DNA from: Utricularia gibba
Lineage: Eukaryota; Plantae; Magnoliophyta
Assembly (NCBI GenBank): GCA_002189035.1
Contig: CM007989.1
Span: forward strand, 4,092,001 to 4,156,000
Reading direction: 5' to 3'
DNA length: 64,000 bases
Shown: positions 55,969-64,000 of the stretch, in pieces
How positions within the stretch are numbered: the stretch's first letter is position 1
How the letters are laid out: the number at the start of each line of letters is the position of its first letter
Notes under the pieces: model-generated
Databases searched by the model: none
The model's input: the letters and a program-made list of their open reading frames with translations, nothing else
Told to the model about the DNA's origin: nothing
Position numbers and translations under genes: made by a program

Positions 55969-56952
55969 TCAAATACCTGAATACATGAAAACAGCCTAAA
56001 GTTAGAGGACTTCCAGTACATAATCACCATGGAAAATGCAACACTACGGATATCCTAGACAATAGTACTACAACAATATAGACTATCTTAGCAATAGTAA
56101 AAGCAGAAAAACCACAAGATAACGTGTTCCAAGATAAAAGCTTGCAAGAACCATTTTTTTCGATTTCATCACAACGATGAAATAGAACACTCGAAACACG
56201 AGCCGATGCTGGAATAACAAGAAAAGTGAAAATTCCAATGACAATGAAAACACAATTTAGGGTTATTCATATGCCAATCGACTCTATAGGCAAATTTTAC
56301 ATGAAAGCATTTTGTAAGGCTTCAATACGCACCGACCAAAGCGTATCTACACTCATATGTGAGATCTTTATGAAATAGGGTTACTCTCTCAAAAAGTCAT
56401 TCACTAATTCACGAAACACCAAATCTAAAACAGACTATAAAAGAAAAATACAAGAATCCCACATCTAGACACACATGGCCAAAAATCCTCATTCTATCGC
56501 TCAAAAGGAAAGACAACGAGGACTACAGAACACAACATTGGTTACAATAAACCCAACCGAAAGGGGGCTTTTGTCCGTACCTTACCACAATCGAAATTGG
56601 AAAATTCAGTCGTTAGAAGCCTCCGCCCTCGTGGTTGCCCTTCTCCACTCTCGTTGACGCGGCGGTCTTCTAACCTCCGATTATCGAAGAAACCTCCGAC
56701 CGCAACTCGAACTCAAACCCGCGTCGTCCTCCTGCTGGCCTTTATTATTATTTATATACAATTTATAAGCGATTTTGGACCGATTAATTTAATTTAATAT
56801 AAAACAATTATATTGGCCTGCAATTGCTTAGGCCCATAGAAATAGCCCAATATTGAATAAGCCCATTAAGACATCAGAAATGAAAGATCATGAAACAATT
56901 GCTTCCCCTTCCCTTTCCATATTCATCAGGGAACCTAAAGAGAAGAAGGCTG

Positions 56953-58705
56953 CTACTGTAAGAAGAAGAGCGCCGTGTAGAAAAGCTGGTTCCACGTGTC
57001 CGGTAGTCCCGGTAGGCACCAATGGCTGCAATCAGCCGAGCGATCTGGGTTCGCCCGTTGCTCCGGCGTCAGGTCCCCGCTGTAGATGGAGGGGTGCGCA
57101 TCTTTTCTCATGGAGGAAAGCAGGGTGATGTCTAGAAGAAAGGGTGGCTTTCTCATGGAGCTGACAACTCCCTGCACCACCTTCATCTGGTTCACGTTGG
57201 CCCCCAGGTACCCTGATGATGCTGCAGGCTGTCTTTCCCCGTAGCAAGTCCTCGACGTCCGTGTCACGCTGAGAGGAACACAAAATGCACTTTCATCGCC
57301 ATGTTACAATGGAATCCAAACAAGCATCTGTAGGTAAGCTAGCAACAGGGTGAATCGATAATTATCCAATCATACTCATCTTGACTCCAATTCATTTAGA
57401 GATGAATCATGGCGGTCAAATGTGAAACGCTACCATAGATTCAGCCTCTACGAGTATAATGCAATACTACCATTAATGGTCTAGCAGCTACTTGTTCGTA
57501 ACCTTTCTTCCCTAACTGACATTTGGGATCTCTACATGTTCCTTAAGTCTACTGAGTTTCATAGTATAAGCAGAAATATCAAGATGATGCAGGTGATTGA
57601 TGTGTATTTTTGTGTGAAGGAACGAATGCATACATGTAGTGTGCAGGGGAGATGCCTTGAAAGAAGAGTCTTGTTCTTGTGGTGTCAATGTTGGAATCGA
57701 CCCAAGCAGCCCATGTCCTCATTCCTAGCTCCATTGCGGTAGTTCTCTCCATATCTTCGTATTGCCTACCGCCTGCTGCCATGTAATCCCACCTGCCACA
57801 AGAAAGAAAAGGAATCAGTTTGAATGGTGAACGAGAATCAGCGAATGGACTCGGATGTACCCTTTTAAGGCTCCAGTGTGAGTCCACCAATGGCCAGTGT
57901 TGAAAGAGAGTACATCAACGCCAGTCCACGCGTTTCCATTGCCTCGAATTTCATCCAATCTCAGCACCCTTTTCCCCTCCACGGTGTCGATATCCACCAA
58001 ATATGGTGCCCTGTAAAATGACACCGTCACCCCATAATCCTGCTCAACAGACAGAATCCCAGAGTCATTGTTCGTCTCACAAACTAAAGATTTTTAATGG
58101 GTTCTGGAAACTAACCAAGAATTTGAAGGATGAGAGTGGATCCCCTCCAATGAACTGTGTGGAAGAAGATGGTGAAATCCCAGACGAAATCATGCAAATC
58201 AAGGATTCCCACTGGTTCCTCCCCAACGAATCACCCACAAACATTATCGTCTTCCCTCTCATTCTCGTCACAAAATCACCACCATCAAACCTTTCCGTAC
58301 ACGAGAAGCAAGAATCAAATCAAAATGAACAACAACAACAAAAGAAAAGGCTCAGACATCCCAGAGCTTCACTCACTTGGGAATTTGGCAACTCGCCGGT
58401 TGCCACCGATACTTGAGATAACCCGTGTCCGGCCTTCCGTACAGTACGCAGTTGAATTCCGGGTCGATTGCAGGGCAAGTGTAAGGATAGAGAGGGTAGC
58501 TCTCGTCCAACACCCAACTCCCGGCAAACAGATTGCAAGAAGTGTTGCTGTTTGGCTGGACAAATGGCTTGGGATTGCGGCCACGGTAGTGGCTCCGGAG
58601 TCCAACGAAGACAGCATCTGAAAATGTAATGCTGATGTCGCTGAGCAGAAGAAAACAACAAAATGAGATAGCTGTAAAGGTGAAGAGAAAAGGGAGCACA
58701 GCCAT
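56953..58705 (-). CDS. Trichome birefringence-like O-acetyltransferase, PMR5/TBL45 type
   Basis: Exons 58705-58377, 58290-58116, 58039-57861, 57792-57634 and 57268-56953. [14 protein letters not shown] (GDS motif), FNTGHWW and [15 protein letters not shown] (DxxH). Confidence 0.94.
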
Positions 58706-60112
58706 AGGAATGTGAATGTGGAGGGGAGAGAAATGGGAAATGGAGGTACACTTTGGATACTTTCAAAAGATGTGTGTTCCGTGGTGGGTGTTTTGCATGT
58801 GATGCCTCTGCTCCTCCTCATTCATGTGGAGTCATCATCAACAGAAGCTCCACTCCCACCGCCGACTTTGGGCCGCAGACATGGGCTAATGTCGTCTAAA
58901 TCAAACGCCCCTCCAACAATTCAAAGTCCATTGGGATCCACGAAGAATTTGTACCGCACCACTCATCCATTTTTAAAAACAATAATTTATTACTCATTAT
59001 TATCAAATAATTCTACATATAATATGTCACGACCCGTCTATTTGTACGATATTATATAGTTTGATAATCTAATCACTACAGTTATACGTTCTTCACTTTT
59101 GAAGAAAAAAACCTCGTATAAAATTAAAAAAAATTATCTATCTAAACAAATCATTTATTTCATCTATCTCCAATGTAGTATATTGTAATCAATCTTACAT
59201 GATATTATGTTATAAAAAAAGTTTTTATAAAAAAACAAAAAATAACAGATTAATATTTTATTTCTAAAAATATTAGATATAACTAACAATAATGTAATTG
59301 TTATAATACTACTAAAATTATTGAAACTCTATAGGTTGATCATGAGAAGTTCACTAAACTTTGTAATTACCAACATGTTATGTTTTTTATTTGAAAAATA
59401 TAACATATCTCAATCATAATTGTTGAATTTTCGGGTTATGGATATGATAAGATCTATTGTATCAAGTTATGACGTAGGTGTTTTGTTTAATGTCAATTAC
59501 AAAAATAAGGAGAGATGAAGATTTTTTACGTGGAAACCATTGGAAAAACGGAAAAATCATGGAACTACCGGAAAAATGATTTTCATGGACAGGGGAGGGA
59601 GGGGGGGGGGGGAGAAAATACTAGTTAGGAGCCTAGAAGTTCTACACTATTCTCTTCAGAATTTCTCATACTTATAGAAGAAGTCAATTTAATAGAATTT
59701 TGAATTCTGTAGATGTTGGGTGCTTTTCATGCTTGCAATATATATTGTGCTTCTTGTTTTTTAGATAACCATCGACTGCTCTACCATAATTCGACCACTT
59801 TTCAGATTATGCAAAACGGACTTTTGGCCACTTTTTAGGAATCGATTAACCAATTCCGATTTATACCATATCAATAACTAAATCATAATTTAATTATAAT
59901 TTATTTTAAAATATACCATATATCAGTCATGATTAGATCGTCATTTCTTTTAATTTTTAAAATATTTAAATTCCAATTATCTCAATTTTTTAAACCCTGG
60001 AAATTCCATAAACTGGACCCAAATACCAAAAACGAAATATTCGTCTGACCAAACGGAATGCAACACCTGTTAATGCTTACTGAACATCCATATGTGCGTG
60101 CATCAGTAGTCG

Positions 60113-60913
60113 TTAGAGTTCTCTACTACCACCGCCACTTTCGAGCTCGGAGATACGCATCCGCAGCATGTTGATGGTGTTAGTCAGGTCATCTATTAAC
60201 AGCTTGTTTTTGCGCCTCTCATCGGCTTCCACTTGGCTCACAGACTTCAAGTCTCCATTTTTCTGGAGAAACTCTCCTAGCACACCCTCAGTATTGTAGT
60301 CATCTTCCTTGGCAACCCAGCCGTGCAATGCTGTGGTGTTATCCAAGAGATAATCCTTCTTTCCATGGCAATTTATTTGAAGCTCCCTTTCGAACATGAT
60401 TGCAGTGTAGAATCCAGACCAGTCTCTCTTGAATTCAACGATGGCATAACCAGTGTGGGGGAGAAGACGAACTCTGGTGCTGTGGAATCCTTTCTTGGAA
60501 AGACTGTTCTTGATACTAGAGCAACTGTTGTCAGCATGAGCATTTGCAAGGATACCCATCCAAGGATATATAAACACCTCATTCAGAAAGTCATCGTTGA
60601 TCGTTAAACATGAGAGCTCTGATGATAAACTTGCTCGGATGTCATTCTTTAGAAAACGGACAAGACCCAAATGCCTGCCGGTGTGCTTGATATTCCCATT
60701 ATATGAACCCCTACCCAGATCAGAAGCATGCTGGAGGAGGTCTTTAAACACATAGAAAACCTTCTTTTTCCCTGGGCAATAAGGGCACCTATACATATCA
60801 TCCGAGAACTTCACCATCCTGGAGTCCAGCCTCAGTTGATCGTAGCACCTATCAACATATTCATCTAGTTCTGACTCACTCACGTCGGTTTCTCCTTCGC
60901 ACGAATCCGACAT
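60113..60913 (-). CDS. zf-XS plus XS domain protein (IDN2/FDM-like N-terminal half)
   Basis: ATG 60913. YRCPYCPGKKK...KDLLQHA (zf-XS); FIYPWMGILAN, DWSGF and LHGWVAKEDDY...GEFLQKNGDLKSV (XS). Stop at 60113-60115. Probable 5'-UTR intron at 61279-60927. Confidence 0.85.
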   Translation of the reverse strand: MSDSCEGETDVSESELDEYVDRCYDQLRLDSRMVKFSDDMYRCPYCPGKKKVFYVFKDLLQHASDLGRGSYNGNIKHTGRHLGLVRFLKNDIRASLSSELSCLTINDDFLNEVFIYPWMGILANAHADNSCSSIKNSLSKKGFHSTRVRLLPHTGYAIVEFKRDWSGFYTAIMFERELQINCHGKKDYLLDNTTALHGWVAKEDDYNTEGVLGEFLQKNGDLKSVSQVEADERRKNKLLIDDLTNTINMLRMRISELESGGGSREL

Positions 60914-61555
60914 CTTTCTAGAGTTCCTGGGTAAAGGCAATGACTTGGATGTCAAACGCAAACTAGATATCCTTCATTCTCTTGTCAAAGCAACATCCAT
61001 CAAGGGCACAGGAAAGAGAGAACAAGAGAAAACCCCTTGGTACATTGTCAGAAAAAAACCTAAGAATTACACATGGACATTAAAAGACATATAGTAGCCT
61101 GCACTCAAAGTAACAACACTCAAAACCCAGAGGTGACAGCAAGTAAAAAAGCTGAAAAATCGAGAGACAACAGATACACAAACAAACCCATCACATACGC
61201 AAGATACACCATGAAAGTAGTGTAAATGAGCATCTGTGAGCTTTTCAAAACTCAGTTTTTGCGGAGTTATAAAACTCACCGGTTGAATTCACCGCGCAGA
61301 GAGGGGAACCGAAGTTAGGGCGTTTCACTGCAGGCTAAATGCAAAAGGCCATTTTTGTTCCTCAGTAGGAATTTCATTGGGCTTTTCGCTCCGGCCTGAA
61401 ACCCAAATGTTTGCCACGTCAATAACCAATCTGATAGGCCTCAGTACTCATACTGCGAGCCCATGTAAGGCCCATGGGAGTTCCGTTTTGGTCTTCTCAA
61501 GACAGCGGGAGGAGAGAATCAATGGGGGTTTGTCTGGAACCTGAAATTATAGGAA

Positions 61556-62918
61556 ATGGAGTTCGAAAATGGCGTGCAGAGGTGGGTGGTTGAAATTTCA
61601 AAATGGAAACCTTCTGATAAAGATTTCAACATGGCTGTGGCTTTGCTTCCCCGCCATGAACATCACAGCATCACCAGGTTCCTTAACTTCTCGAGCTGTT
61701 TCTGCACAAATTCCTTGAATTCCCGAGAGTAGTATTTGCTGGAGCAATTTCTTTCTCATTGTCTGTTTACTGTCGTGATTAGGTTTGTGAAATTAGAGGA
61801 CAGAAAGCGGGCAGTTATAAGTCGAATGCTTCAGTACGCCCTCGTGCTCCGAGTATTGAATTTGCCATTTGAAGATATTGTAATCAGAAGAACTCCTCAG
61901 GGGAAACCCTTTTTGGTATCACTGCAGCATCAGACCTTGATCTTATGTTCTGTTTGGATTTGCACAATTCTCCCCTGTTATCTTCTACGCTTGATAGGTA
62001 TGTGATTGCATGAAGGTGGGGTTCCCGAACTTTAATTTTAACGTGTCTCATCAGGGAGATTATGTTGGAATAGCATCCGAACCTTTCTGCCTCGTGGGTT
62101 TGGACATTGTTTCTTACTCAATTCCTGTTAATCAAACCGTTGAACAATTCCTTCAGAATCTGTCTTCATACTTCTCTCACTTAGAATGGTGCAATATCTT
62201 GAATGCTCGTTCTGATGAGGAAAAGCTGAAAACTTTCTACAGGTTATTGAATCTCTGCATTGCAACTCTTTTCTTCTGGAAAAACCATGCTCTTCGGAGT
62301 TGATTGTTAACAGCAAGTGATATGTTTCTGTTGCAGATAGCTTATTTATTTCATCACACTTACAGGAGTATCAGAATGTGGAACCGTAGCTCTCTTTTGT
62401 TTCGTTCCCTGGTGTTGGTTAACCATAAGGTCATCACTGACTCAGGTATTGGAGCCTGAAGGAAGCTTTCGTGAAGGCCGTTGGTACTGGAGTAGGCTCC
62501 AAGCTGGATTCCATTGAGTTTCATCACTCATCCTGGAACAAGATCTCAGTCAGAGTTGCGGGACAAGATTTAAGTGACTGGAAGTTTTGGACTTTGGATT
62601 TGGACCAACATCATGGGGTAAGTCCTCCCTTCTGCACTTCTTTTGTTGCATCTTCTTCATGGATTCTGAAACGCACTTGTGTCCCTTCGTTGCGAACAAC
62701 CACAAACTATTCTTCTGACGTGAAATGTGCTTTAGATGTCGATAGCTCGGGGTAACCCAAAGCTCGCCGATTCAAACCAGTTGAGACGAGAAGAATCTGA
62801 TAACGAGGAGTACAACACCTGGCTGAATCTTCCAAATGGAAGTTTGAAGTTTCTGGCTGTAGAGGATCTTATTGAGATAATGAGGAGCACTGGAGGCACC
62901 ACTCTCCCACATGCATGA
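61556..62918 (+). CDS. 4'-phosphopantetheinyl transferase (Sfp/AASDHPPT type)
   Basis: Exons 61556-61677, 61783-61915, 61998-62242, 62446-62617 and 62736-62918. QRWVVEISKW, RRTPQGKPFL, FNFNVSHQGDYVGIASEP and YWSLKEAFVKAVG motifs. Confidence 0.92.
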
Positions 62919-64000
62919 AGGCATACGGGCTTCATGGTGGTCGCCGGCGACATCAAGCTGTATTGGTGGCGCTTTCATTTCACAATGCAGCCTTCCTTCA
63001 ATAAGTGGAAGACACATTGGTCCACACGACAGGAACCCCACTGTGTTGGACGGATTAGGTTGTCTCACGTGACAATCATACATTTGTACGGATACGCGTA
63101 TGAATTTAGATCAATGTTCTAGAATCCACGATTGTAGGGGCTCTCTGTTAGTGAACCAATTTTATTTTAAAAAATTTAACGTATTTTTTTAAAAGTTGAA
63201 AAACATCAATTTTTAATTTTCATAAATACTTACCGAAAATTTATACCAATTATATTCTTATAGTGTAGTTTGCACTAATTATTTCATAATTTATAAATTA
63301 AAATAAAAGTTAAAATTAATTATTGCATACTATATCAATTTTTATTTATTTTTTACTTTTAATTTTATTTTTACTTATTTTTCTACTCATTTCATTTTAA
63401 AATAAAAGTTAAAATTAAAAATCTAATTTCGATAAGTAGCAAATTTATTAAAATAAATTGACTAATTATCCCAAAAATTTTCATTTAATACACATTTTCT
63501 ATCAAACCTGTTCATTGCATTCACTCCCACGACATAATGTATCATGTTTTTGTATCTCTACTTCTACTTCTAGTAATAACACAAATCTCCCATATGAATT
63601 CGTATGTGTATTCGTAAATCTGTGCATAAAGTACGCAAATTGAAATAAAATATGAGAATTCATGTATATATATATTATTTCCCTCATTTTTTTATTGGTG
63701 ATGAGTATCAATATGTGTTAAATATAAAATATATTAAAATCTTTTGTATCATTTTTTTCTGTACCCTCGTGTACACATGCACATGTGATGTGAGGGGTTT
63801 GAGCTTGCCATTTCAGAATTATAGACTTAAGTCTATTCAATTGACTTTTATTCTTTCTATTTGTAACAATGAATAATTAAATATCCATGTTTTTTTTCGG
63901 TAAGTCCGTACGGAAAACCCTAATTGCCAGATTTTGTTCACGATATAAGTTGAAAGACACATTGGCGTTGACTTGCTGAAGAATGAGGGTCCACAGTAGT

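Noticed and set aside
59510-59612. G-tract (59592-59612) and a TTTTACGTGGAAACC motif as a functional G-quadruplex or regulatory element
   Set aside because: It more likely belongs to a decayed Copia LTR remnant. Homopolymer length is unreliable in this assembly and no boundaries are definable.

Overview
Plant nuclear genomic DNA from a eudicot. The CYP93B sequences resemble Lamiales flavone synthase II from recall, so an asterid/Lamiales origin is likely but unproven. The first ~17 kb is TE-rich: a 125-bp hAT-type MITE, a CYP93B pseudogene split by a rearranged Copia element, and an older decayed Copia element whose primer-binding site matches tRNA-Trp. The remainder is a gene-dense block: WOX3-like, histone H4, PCNA, an ESB1-clade dirigent gene, a second CYP93B, a Gypsy-type solo LTR, a DUF1635 gene, an MYB59/48-type R2R3-MYB, RABE1, ADF, an SLT1-like gene, a POL-like PP2C, RPF2, CXIP4, a PMR5/TBL45-type gene, an XS-domain gene and a 4'-phosphopantetheinyl transferase. 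I found no tRNA, rRNA or CRISPR loci. Four single-base frameshifts fall in short G/C runs of otherwise intact genes, one of them PCNA; this points to homopolymer errors in the assembly, so frameshift-only pseudogene calls are provisional. The most unusual observations are the circularly permuted Copia, the tRNA-Trp primer site, and a ~135-bp PP2C coding fragment lying antisense just downstream of the RPF2 stop. I did not find evidence of a wholly new multi-gene system. Family and gene names come from recalled protein motifs, not database searches.
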